64,000 bases of DNA, from assembly GCF_038025025.1 (NCBI RefSeq), contig NW_027117340.1, forward strand, positions 930,001-994,000, given 5' to 3'. How positions within the stretch are numbered: position 1 is the first letter of the stretch; every line of letters begins with the position of its first letter. Both the position numbers and the translations under genes were made by a program. This DNA is from Phyllosticta citribraziliensis. Its lineage: Eukaryota. Positions 11,043 to 23,012 of this stretch are shown in pieces. Below the pieces are notes generated by a model. That model was not told the DNA's origin. It did no database searches and saw nothing but the letters and a program-made list of their open reading frames with translations.

Positions 11043-14000
11043 ATGCCTTCCCCCGCCGCCGGAAAAGCTACCGAAACTCCCCGCACTCCCACAAAGCTCG
11101 GCCGCAAGCCTCAGTCCTCGAGGACCCCCAAGCTCGGCGAGAAGAAGACCGATGACAAGCAGGACCTCCCACTCCAGCAGTCGACGGACGACCTCTCCGA
11201 AAAGACCCAGGGCCTCAAGGGCGCTGCCGAAGACACCCCACAGCAGGCGAGCCAAGCTGCTAGCGATGCCGGCGACGATGCCACTGCCAAGGTCTCCGAG
11301 GCCACCGGTGATTTGAAAGAACAAGACCCCAAGCCTCTCCAGGAGGCCGAAGATGTGACGGGCGGTGCCGATCCGAACGACGACGACATTGAAGACACTG
11401 CCGACGACGCCACAGAGAAGGCTGGTGACCTTGGCGACGACGCCGAGGACACTGCTGAAGACACTGCAGAGTCGGCCCAGGACTCTGCCAATGTCTCGGA
11501 AAAGGCTGGCAGCAACGGCGAAGGTGCCAGGCAGAGGGGCAGCAGCGTCCTGTCTGGAGCCAAGAACCTCGCTGGCCGTGCCTCCAGTCTCGCTGGAAAG
11601 TCTGGCAAGGCGGCAAAGGATCCTTCAAAGGCCGCTTCGAGTGCCGCCAGCGATGTTCAGGGCGCTGGCTCCGACGCCAAGGACACCGCCGAAGGAGTTG
11701 CAGGAGATGTCCAGGACACCGCCGAGGATCTCCCAGAAAAAGCTCAGGACCTGCCTGAGGAGGCAGAAGACACTGCTGGAGATGTTGCCGACGGTGTTGA
11801 CGACACTGTCGATGACGCCAAAGACACTGCCGAAGACGCTACTGGCGACGCCCCCGACAAAGCCACAGGAGCGGTTGACGGCGCCAAGGACACTGCCGAA
11901 GATGCTGCTGGCGACGTGCCCGACAAGGCCGAAGGCGCGGTTGACGGCGCCAAGGAGACCGCTCAGGGGGCCACCAGCGAAGCTCCCAGCAAGGCTGGTG
12001 ATGCAGTTGACGGCGCCAAGGACACTGCTCAGGGGGCCACCAGCGACGCCCCGAGCAAGGTCAACGGCGCCGTCGACGGCGTCAAGGACACGGCCGAAGG
12101 TGCTGCAGACCAGGCCAAAGACACGGCCGAGGATACCACTGGCCAGGAACTTCCCCAAGGGCCCGACCTAACCGTTCTCAAGGGCCTCGAGGTCCAGGAG
12201 GACGGCAGTATCCTGGACAAGGAGGGCAACCAGATTGGTAAGCTCGTGGAGGGTGACGCCGAAGACCTCCAGGGCTACTCCATTGGTGACGATGGAGAAA
12301 TCCTGGACGATGATGGTGACCTCGTCGGTCGCTGTGAGCTCCTTCCCGAAGTCGTCGACAAGATGAGGAGGGAAGCCGAGAAGAAGGCCGAGGAGGCTCG
12401 CCGCGCCGCGTCTGGAGGTCCCGATCTTTCCATTCTCAAGGGACTGACCGTCAACAATGCCGGCGACATCCTCAACGACGAAGGCGACTTCATTGGACGC
12501 ATTGCCGAGGGCGACATTGAGGAGCTCCGCGGCCGAACCGTCAATGAAAGAGGCGAGATTCTCGACGACGACGGCAACGTCATTGGCCGCGCGGAGATTC
12601 ATCCCGACGCCGAGGAACTTGTCGAAGAGCTGCAGAACGGTGTCCAGGACGGTGTCCCCGAGACCGAAGCCCCTGAAGAAGTCAAGAGCAAGGCCGAGGA
12701 GACCCCTAGCAAGGCTGGTAAGACTGTTGGCGCCGCTACCGAAAGGGCCAAGTCCACTGCTGGAACTGCTCCGAGTGCCGCACCCAAATCCGCCAAGTCC
12801 GGTCTTGATGAGACGGGCGAGGCGGTTTCCAAAGCCAAGACTCAAGCCGAAGACGAAGTTCCCGACCTTCCTGGCGTCTCTGCTCTCGAGGGCCAAGAAA
12901 TCAACTCTCAGGGCGAGATTGTCGACGACGAGGGCAATGTCCTTGCTCAGGTCCAATCTGGCGTTGACATCAACAAGGTCAAGGGCCTAACTGTCAACGA
13001 CAAGGGCGAAGTCGTCGATGAAGAGGGCAACGTCCTCGGCAATGTTGAGCTTGCTGACGGCGCTGCCGAAGCTCTGCAGGAGCGTCTCCACCCGGTCAAC
13101 CTCGACCTGCGCATCTTGGACGGCCTCAAGGTCAACAAGAAGGGCAAGGTTCTCAACGAGGAGGGTGAAGAGATTGGCGAGCTCACCGAGGGCGACCTGA
13201 AGAAGGCTGCTGGAAAGACCATCAACGACAAGGGCGAAGTCCTTGACAACGGCAAGGTTGTTGGCCGAGTCGAGCTTGTTCCTGGCGAGGCTGCCGAGGA
13301 GGCGACTCGCGAACTTCTCTCCCGTCTGGGCGAACTCGACGAAGGCCCCAAGCAAATCATCCCCAACCTCGACATTCTTGATGGCCTCAAGGTCAACAAG
13401 AAGGGCCAGGTTCTCAACGAGGATGGCGACGCAATCGGGGAGCTTGTTCAGGGTGAACTTTCTGACTGCGCTGGCAAGAAGCTCAACGACAAGGGCGAGG
13501 TCTTGGACAAGGACGGCAACATCATCGGCCGTGTCCGCGTCCTGCCCCAGGAGATTGATGCTGATGAGGAAATCCCCGAGGGAGCCCAACTTGCCAACGC
13601 GGACGGCGAACCCATCGAGCAGGCTGAGGAGGCTGCAGACGATGCCGAGAAGACTGGTGAAGAAGCCGTCGACGGCGTCGAGGGAGAAGGCGAGGGAGAA
13701 GGCGAAGAAGAAGGCGAAGAAGGGCCTCAGCTTCCACCCCTCAACATCCTCGAAGGACTCAAGGTCAACAAGGCTGGAAAGCTCATCAACAACGATGGCG
13801 TCACCGTCGGCGAGCTCGTCGAGGGAGACGCGAAGAAGCTTTCCAAACTCGGCGCCACTGCCGACGCCGAAGGCCAGTTCTGGGACAACAAGGGCAACGT
13901 CATTGGTCGCGCCCAGACTGTGCCGATCGAAGAGGGCGAAGAGGAAGGTCCATTTGCCGGCCTTGAAGGTCTCATCGTTGTCAAGGATGGCAAGGTCGAA

Positions 14001-16419
14001 GACGAGAACGGCAACACTGTCGGCATTGTTGTCGAGGGTGACGCCAAAAAGCTTGTTGGACGCGCTGTTGATGAAGACGGAGATATCATCGACAAGAAGG
14101 GCTCCGTCATTGGCCATGCCGAGCGCTGGCATGAAGAGGAGCCCGAGGAGGAGCCCGAGGAAGAACCTGTCGACCTCTCGTTCCTCTCCGGCAAGACTGT
14201 CAACAAGTCTGGCAATGTCATTGGCGAAGAAGGTACTCCAGTTGCCCGTCTCGTCGAGGGCAACGTCAAGGAAGTTGCCGGCAGGCCGCTCAACGAGAAT
14301 GGCGAAATCTTCAACGATTCTGGCAAGTTGATTGGACGCGTCCAGCTTATCCCCGAGCACGAGCGCGAGAGTCGCCCCGAAGGTCCCTTCGCTGGTCTCG
14401 AGGGTCTTCGCGTTGTCGAGGGTGGCAAAGTTGCGGACGAGGACGACAACATTGTTGGCGAAATCACCGAGGGCAACCCCAAGCGCTTGATTGGTCTTGC
14501 GGTTGACGAAGACGGCGACATCATCGACAAGTACGGAAACGTCAAGGGTCACGCCGAGCCCCTTGAAGAAGAGGAGGAGGAGCCCGAGGAGGAGCCCGAT
14601 CTTTCAATTCTCAACAACAAGGTGCTCAACAAGCAAGGCCTCGTTGTCGACGAGAATGGCATCCCCGTCGGTCGTCTGGTCGAGGGCAACATCTCGGAAC
14701 TTGCTGGCCGCCGCTGCGATGAGCTTGGTCAAATCCACGGTGACACGGGCAAGGTTGTCGGTCGCTGCATTCTCATTCCCGAGAACGAGCGCGTCGCCAA
14801 GCCCGAGGGTCCCTTCGCTGGTCTCGAGGGTCTCCGTGTCGTTGAGGGCGGCAAGGTCGAGGACGCCGATGGCAATGTGGTCGGTGAACTCACCGAGGGC
14901 GACCCAAAGAAGCTCATCGGCTTGGGCGTCGACGAGGACGGTGATATCATCGACAAGTTCGGCAATGTCAAGGGCCACGCTGAGCGCTGGGAGGCGCCAG
15001 AGGAGGAGCCCGAGGAGCCCGAAGACTTGTCCGCTCTCGCCGGCTGTACCGTCAACAAGGCTGGTAACGTTGTCGACTCTGCCGGCGCCATTGTTGGTCG
15101 CGTCGCCGAGGGAGACCCCAAGGCGATGGTCGGCCGCAGGGTTGACGGCAAGGGCCAGATCTGGGACAATGCAGGCAATGTCATTGGCCGCGCTGAGCTT
15201 GCTCACGGTGTGGAGACCTCGCCCGAAGGGCCCTTTGCCGGTTTCGACAACATCACTGTCGCCAAGGAGGGCTTGGTTGTCACTCCCGACGGCTCCATCG
15301 TCGGACGCGTTGTTGAGGGAGATGTCAAGAAGCTCATGGGCCACAAGGTCGACGAGGAAGGCGAAATCATCGACAAGAACGGCAACCTCATTGGCAAGGC
15401 TGAGCGCTGGGAGCCCGAGGAGAAGGAGCGCCGCGTCAACCCCATGTCTGGCCGTCGTGTCAACAGGGAGGGCGAGGTCCGTGACGAAGAAGGCAACATC
15501 ATGGGTCGCCTCACTGCCGGCGACTTGGGCCACTGCGCCGGCCTCGAGATTGACGACAACGGATATGTCGTGGACAATGACGGCAACAAGGTCGGCGAAG
15601 TCACGCTTCTTGAGAACATTGTCGAGGAGCCCGAGGAAGAGCCCGAAGAGGGTCCTTCCGAGGAGGAACTCGAGGAGATGCGCAAGAAGAAGGAAGATGC
15701 CGAGTTGGCAGACAAGATGGCCAACATTTGCCAGCAGACGCTCGAGAGGGTGCAGCCGGTGTGCAAGCAAATCACAGAGGTAAGTAGATTCCAGACGTCC
15801 TTCAAAAGCTCGACTAACAGCGTTATAGTACATTGAAGCCGCCGACAAGACGCCTCGCGACGAGCTTGACGAAGAGCAGCTCGTCGAGAACGTCAAGCCG
15901 CTCATCGAAGAAGCTGGCCGCATCCTCCAAGAGTGCAACGGTGCCCTTCGTGGTCTTGACCCGGATGGCCGCATCGCCGCTCAAGCCAAGGGTCGTGCTG
16001 GCACTCGTGAAGCCACGCCAGAAGAGTACCGCCTGGCCGACTGCCTCAAGGAGCTCACGACTACTGTCGTGACTTGCATCGACAACGCAAAGAAGAAGAT
16101 TGCCGACATGCCCCACGCCAAGAAGAAGCTGAACCCGCTCTGGGCTCTGCTCACCGAGCCGCTGTTCCAAATCATTGCAGCAGTCGGCTTGCTGCTGTCG
16201 GGTGTGCTGGGTCTTGTTGGTCGTCTTCTCAACGGCCTTGGACTTGGCGGTCTCGTCAACGGCCTGCTCGGTGGTCTGGGCATCAACAAGCTGCTCAACG
16301 GCCTGGGACTCGGCAGCATCTCCGAGGCCCTGGGCGGCAAGTCGAAGGACAAGAAGAAGGGCAACCCCGTGGCGGGATTGCCGCTCGTCGGCGGTCTCTT
16401 TGGATCCAACTCAAAGTAG
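11043..16419 (+). CDS. Large acidic LEA-domain / DUF3659-repeat protein (2 exons)
   Basis: ATG at 11043 and intron 15780-15828. The N-terminus has LEA-like 11/22-aa repeats. These are followed by many 'GxxVnkxGxVvDxxGxxvGxlvEG' units and a C-terminal helical domain ending in a Gly/Leu-rich hydrophobic tail. Strong codon bias. Confidence 0.88.
11810..12135 (+). repeat. Coding tandem repeat, 66-nt (22-aa) period
   Basis: GTTGACGGCGCCAAGGA recurs at 11874, 11940 and 12006, with a variant at 12072. Confidence 0.9.
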
Positions 16420-17431
16420 ACTTGTCGAGTGGAGAGGAGGATGAGCTCAGAGTGAGTGGATGATTTGTTGGGGAGACTTTGGCGACCTGCTGTGCCACAC
16501 GAGCTCTGCGGCTTCTGTGGGAGGAGGCCGGAGAGACGAATGTGAGGCGCGGTGGTAGACATCAATGGTTTTCCTTTCCCCCCTCCTCTCCGTCCTGTCT
16601 TTTGATTGAAAAGCGTTTCGCAAGCGTTTTCCTCTTTCCCATTTTCTCTCTTCTAATGGGTACGAACGACACGAACGACAGCATGAGATATGATCCGAAG
16701 TTGGATTTTGCAAAAAGCCACTTGTACTTTCCTTTTCGTTTTTTTCTTGTACTCTAGCGTTGCTGTTTTCATTGCTCCTGTCTAGGTATTCTACACGGTA
16801 CATGTAGCTTGACGGTAATGGACGTGTGATTAATTACTTTGAATGGCCTGGGTGAGTGCGGAGAGGTCGCGTTTGCTTGAGGTAACGTCGTCGCGCATGT
16901 GGCACTTTAAGATTGCCGATTAACGAGGTCTGGGTTTGTCGCTCAACCGCAACTCATTTGCCTCCAACACCATCCATCTTACCATCCAGCCAACTCCCGT
17001 TTGCCAGAGGTACTTCGGGCTCGGCCACGAACCCATCGCGATAGTTAGTCAAAGATGGCTCGGCCTCGGATTATTTTCCGTGCGAACTGCGTCAGGTCTG
17101 CACGACGCGGCCCAGCGCTCCCGTTCTCCAGTTCTTCTCCACATTGGTTCGGATCACATTCCCCCGCATTGCGGGCGGGGCCGCTCAAGCTCGAGTCACG
17201 GCCAGGAACCCGCAGGCGCGCCAAGTAGCCGCTTCCATCTCTTCGTCCCACTTGTGAGGAGATTTACGGGCGCCATGAAGTATGTACAATTTTTCTTGCC
17301 GGTCCGCGTGCCCCATTTACCCTCGGCGCGTCACCCGGGTTCCTGGCACCCCCTCGCCTTCCGCCTGTCCAGTACTTCCTAGATTTTTACTTCACGTCCC
17401 CCAAAAATCGTCCACGCACAGAGATAAGACG

Positions 17432-20342
17432 ATGAGATTGAGAAAGAGCTTGGGAGAGGGCGCCCTAGCGGCCATGGCCACTCTGCTACTTTTTTGCTGG
17501 GCCGGCGTCGGACAGGCGCGTCTGACAGACTTGGTCGACCCCTTCATCGGCGTCGAGGGCCCAACGCCTGGCTCGACCATCGCAGGTGGCAACTCGTTCC
17601 CCGGTGCGGCGATGCCTTGGGGAATGGTCAAGGCCGGCATAGACACGAGCTTTTTGGGTCTGCCCGAGGGCATTGGCAACGATTGCAATGCTGGCTTCAG
17701 CCCAATTGGAAATGTGACGGCTGTCAGTATGACCCATGTTAGTGGAAGTGGGGGGAATCCAACCTGTAAGCTCTTGTCGAACCAATTTGCGCGTCACTTG
17801 GGGTCGTTCGTGGCATTGACGTTGGATCTCATCAGATGGACTGGTTTCGCAGATGCCGCTGCTTGGAACTCTTGATGGCGTCAACCTGGGTGATAATACG
17901 ACGTACTGGCAGAACCGGTCACTGGGACAAGAAACGGCTACAGTCGGCCTCTTCACGACGGTGCTGCTCAATGGCATCAAGATTGAAATCACCTCGAGCA
18001 ACCATTCGGCTTTTATCCGCTACACCTTTCCTGGCGCCAGTAACAGCAGCTCTGGCATGCCCAGCCTGTCGAATGACGCCAATCCAGCTTCATACGACGC
18101 ACACGTCTTTGTTGACTTGACGCACGTCCTGCCAGCCGCTGATCCAACGACGCAATCCTATTCGCAAAAGTACGTCCACGGCGACGTCCACGTACGCTCC
18201 GACGCGTCTTCGGAGCCGTCATACTTTGGCAGCGCGTCATACACAGGTGGCTGGCCCCAACCAGACATCCACACGCTCCACTTTTGCGGCAACTTCAGCG
18301 TGCCGTCCACTTCGCCCCTCGTGCCCACCACAGCGCATGTCGCCCAGGGCGTCGGTGATCGCGTCGATGGCGCCGGCACGCTCAGCTGGCCCTATGACCC
18401 GGTCTTCCCTCCCAGCAGCGAGAAAAAGCCCATAGTGCGCTCGTACACGGACGTCAAGTCATACGCTGGCGCGGGTATGGGATTGGGAGCGTTCTTCAGT
18501 TGGAGACCGTCTGACGCGGGCGCCGAGGCAGCCGTGCTCGAGGCCAAGGTTGGCATTTCGTATGGGTCGCCAGAGCAGGCATGCGCGTACGTAGCCGACG
18601 AGCTACCAGAGAGCAAGAGCTTCGATGACGTTGTCGAGCAGTCGCGGAATGAGTGGGAGGAGCGCGTGCTCGGGTCAGTGACGGTCGAAGACGACGGGAG
18701 CCCCGAGAGCCAGAATGAGACGTTGAAGAAGATGCTGTATTCGGCGCTGTATCAGACGGGCCTAATGCCGACGGACAAAACGGGAGAGAACCCATATTGG
18801 GAGTCGGACGAGACAAAGCCGTACTACGATGATCACTACGTGAGTTGAAGAAGAAGGTATGAAGAAAGGGGGGAATAAGCTGACGGTTGCCTTGCAGACG
18901 CTCTGGGACACGTACCGAGCCACGCTTCCGCTGTTCCATGTCCTGTACACTTCGACATATACTCGAATCGTCAAGGGCCTTATCAACATCTTCAAGTACG
19001 AAGGCTATCTCCCCGCTGGCCGCGCCGCCAACTGGAACGGCCGCGTCCAAGGCGGCACACACGCCGACACAGTGCTAGCCGACGCCTTTGTCAAGTCCCT
19101 CTTCTCCTATCCGACCAACAGGACGCGCGGCCGGGGCGAGCTCGACCTCTCCGACGCCGACTGGGCCGACGCATACGCAGCGGTGGTCAAGGACGCCGAC
19201 GTACTTCCCGCGCGCAACGTCGACCCGGTTGCGTTCGACGGCGCGACCAAAGAGGGCCGCGGCGCGCTGGATGAGCAGCTGCGGCTGCGCTTCCTCACGC
19301 GCAACCACTCGCGCAGCCTGAGCCGCGGCGTCGAGTACCCGCAAAACGACTTTTCCGTTTGGAGCATCGCCGCGGGCCTGCGCGCGCTCGACAAACTACC
19401 TGCCACGTCGACCACCTCCGACATCGAGCGGTACCGCGACCGCGCCGACTGGTGGCAGGAGCAGTGGAACCCGGGCGCCAACACGACGCTCGAGGGCGTG
19501 GGCACGTTCTTCGGCTTCGTGGGCGCGCGCAACGCGGACCGCTCGTGGAACTTCACCGGCTACGAGCCGCGCAACTGCAGCAACTGCGGCTGGGGCGGCG
19601 ACATCTACGAGGCCAAGGTGTGGGAGACGAGCTTTGCCGCTGCGCCCCACGACATGGCCAAGGTGGTGGAGCTGATGGGCGGCGACGAGGCGTTTGTCAA
19701 GCGCCTCGATGCGTCGTTTTTGCCGGGCTTTGGGACCAGCGTGGGCGTCAACAATGATGCGGGTAGCGCGCTGTTTAATCCTGGTGAGCCCCCTGTCACG
19801 CATTCTTTCACATGTATCAAAAAGGATCAGAACCCCTGACTAACCTCCTCCTCACCCCACCAGGCAACGAACCCTCTTTCCTAACCCCCTTCCTCTACAA
19901 CTACATCCCCCGCTCGCACTACCGCACCGTCAACGCCACGCGCGCCATCCTCGACACGTACTACAACCCCTCGCGCTCCGGGTACCCGGGCAACATCGAC
20001 AGCGGCGCGCTGCCTGCCTGGCTAGTCTGGAACGTGCTTGGCCTGTTCCCCGTCGCCGGCCAGCCGCTGTACCTGCTGTCGGCGCCGCGCTTCCCGGCCG
20101 TCACGGTGCGTCTATTTTACGGGACGCCGCAAGCCACGGCGCTGCGGATTCGCGCGCAGGGTTTGAGTGCGGTGAATATGTGGGTCGAGGGGGTAAGTTT
20201 GAATGGGAGGAAGCTGGATCGCGCGTGGGTTGCCCATGATGAGTTGGGGGAGGGCGGCGAGTTGGTGTTTGAGATGGGTCTGGCGCCGACGGAGTGGGAT
20301 ACGGGCGACAGGCCGTGGAGTTTGAGTCCGTGGGGACTGTGA
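17432..20342 (+). CDS. Secreted glycoside hydrolase family 92 alpha-mannosidase (4 exons)
   Basis: Signal peptide; introns 17766-17835, 18840-18897 and 19784-19863. GH92 motifs: VDPFIG, GNSFPGAAMPWGMVK, YTLWDTYR, QGGTHAD, IYEAKVW, NPGNEPSF and PGNIDSGA. Confidence 0.93.
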
Positions 20343-20783
20343 ATGTGTAGTGTAATACAGACAAATAGAAGTACAGAAACTCGTTGATAATGTTTGACCC
20401 AACAAACGCCATCCACCCACGACGCCAACATTCGGACGATTGGGCTCCGGTGTCAAAGTATCTCGTTTTTGTCAATTATAACATCGCCATGTTGGTCACT
20501 TGGTGCATGACGGATATTCGTGGATTTGACGACCTAGTCAGAGCTCTGGCCGGCCATATCAGGTATCAATTAATGACCACCTTCTGCATATTCATGTCCA
20601 ACAAAACCAAGACGGCACCACAAAGCGCAGCCGGAGCGACGGTTACAGTGTTTGCATTGTTTGCCAACCAGCCTACCAACCAACCAACCAACTGACCAAA
20701 ACATCCAACACCAACCTGATCGCGCGTTATGAAAGACGCCACCAGTCCCACCAGCCACAACTTCTCAAAGACACCTCCCCTCC

Positions 20784-21152
20784 CTACCCATCACTCTTAC
20801 CCCCCTCTCCCTGACTGGACCTACTAGCCACGACCATGTCTGCCAAAAATGTAGCAATCTCATCGTCGAGGGGGCCAGGGACCGGCGGCAGTTGGGTTGG
20901 CACAGGCTGTGGATCAGGAAGAGGGCGTTGTGCAGCGGCAGCGCGCGCCTCGCTCAGCAAATTGGCGAGCGCGCGTTCATTGACGACGCCGCCACCGCCG
21001 CCCGTGAGTTGCAGCTGCGCCCAGGCAGGGCGCGCGTCGCGTAGCATGGCTTCGAAAACAGTGTCGTCCATCGAGTCGTCGACGTCGCTCCACTCGCTGC
21101 CGCTGTCGGCGGAGACGGTGTCGGCATCGGAGCCGAACTGCGAATTCTCGTT

Positions 21153-21191
<39 letters not shown>

Positions 21192-22122
21192 TGCGGCCTC
21201 GTCTTCCTCTTCCGTCTCCCCCTCCTGATCGATTTCGTCGACGTTGTTCTGAGACTCCATTTCCGAAGCCCACTTCGCCTTATCCATCTCCTCGAACTCG
21301 TAGGCGGACGCGTTGACGACGCGCTGCGCTTGCACGCCATCGCACAGCCGCTCACTGGGCCGCTCCCACGGCAACGCAAACGCCATGACCCACTCGAACC
21401 AGCGAACGTCGCAGCCGACGCGGGCCTCGGCGACCAGCGTGTGCCAGTCAGCCCACAGCGTGCCGTGGGCGTCGGCGCGCTGGTGGAAGAAGCGGCGGCT
21501 AGGCAGGTCGGCGACGAACATGAGGCCGTCGGCGACGGGCACCATGGGCGGGAAGAGCAGCGGGTTGGCGAGCTCGGCCGGCGACGCGTGGCGCAGGACT
21601 GGGAACGTCTGGGATGGGTGGTAGTGCCTGGATATCGGCACGTGCGTGATGACCATCGAGGGGCCGGCGATGTTGCGTGCGGCGATGGGGCGACCGAAGC
21701 AGTCGAGGGTGAAGTAGAGGAGACTGGAGGGCACAGTCTCCGGACTTTGTAGAGGCGGGTGTGTGTAAGCATCGTGGCCATGGTTTGATGAGTTGCGAAA
21801 GACCAGGATGGAGGTTGAGAGAAGAAAGACATGGTGCAGAAACTTACGACTCCTTAGTGAGCGAATCCGTCGCCTCATCATCGTCCTTCTCCTCTTCTGC
21901 GCAAATGGATGTATCTTCCAGGGGAGCAGCATCCAGTGGAGAATCAGCGCGCTCAATCAACGGGACCTTGGTGTCATTCTCAACAGACTTGGACATGCAC
22001 GCGGGCTCTCCGCACACGGCCTGCAGTTGAGCAGCGAACTCCTCGTTCGACAAGTCGTTGACGTCCTGCCTCTTAGACACGGGCCGTCCCTTTCGGCCGC
22101 CCTTCTTGTTTTTGGCAGCCAT
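20784..22122 (-). CDS. Hypothetical protein with basic N-terminus and poly-Asp tract
   Basis: ATG at 22122 (MAAKNKKGGRKGR). A GTAAGT donor near 21847 splices in phase to an AAG acceptor near 21746 and into the long ORF ending at 20784. No domain recognised. Confidence 0.6.
21153..21191 (-). repeat. (GAC)n trinucleotide microsatellite encoding poly-Asp
   Basis: Run of about 12-13 GTC units on the + strand. Confidence 0.9.
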
Positions 22123-23012
22123 GTTGGGTGGAAGCGCGATGGTGCTGTCAGTGATGTAGGCCAGTATTTATAAACGCGTGTCTGATGCGGCGCAAGCCTG
22201 GTAGCGAGTGAGCCGAACCAAACTTTCCAAGTCGAGCGGAGAGTGCTTCTTGCGGGGTATCGAGCGTACCTGAAAAGACGACGGTGGAGAAGGATGTGTG
22301 ATGGACAAAAGCTCTTCTTGTGTGGAGAGCGATCCTGAAGATTCTTGCGGCAGTGGGAAAGGCTATGACTGGACGAAGCAAAGGATGGAAAACAATAGGT
22401 CCGTTCAATCGATACCAACAAGTGAGGGTGCGCGAGTTAGTTGCCGCGGTGAACTGGAGACACGAATGAAAGGGAGGGTTGTATCTCCACGTGGTGACAG
22501 AATTCATCCAAGGCAAGTGCGATGGTAGAGTAAGAGCCAGTCAGGTGTACAAACACACCAACACCAACTCACCAGCCAGTCACTTCCAACAAGACGAAAG
22601 ACTCGACGGAGTCTTAGACTAGATTTACCCATCAGAGCATTTCAACCGTGCCCCTGAGATTCCAGAGCCAGTAAGTATTAACCCAAAGCATCCACGGCAC
22701 AAATTCCCTTAAAAAGCCGAGGAAAGATTCAAGAATGTATAGTCGAATAGTCAGGTCGACAGGGATATCAGGAAACATTGAAAAAGCAAAAGACCAACCA
22801 ACCAACCAACCAATGCCAGGGGGATGTTTGTTCAGCGAAGCATCAACCATATTCATGACGCCCACTTAGATGTTCATGCGGCGGGAGCACAAGAGGGAGA
22901 AGCGGCACCGTATTGAGGCAGTTCTGGCGTAGAGTCGTGCGTGATCGGGTACTGTACAGTAGGTAGGACGACATCAAGCGACGCAGTAAAAGCCTACTTT
23001 TGGCTTCACTGC

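Noticed and set aside
12987..15974. Long antisense ORFs (521 aa and 456 aa) and alternate-frame ORFs over the DUF3659 gene
   Set aside because: These are the expected shadow of strong codon bias and repeats in the sense gene, and they have no independent protein features.
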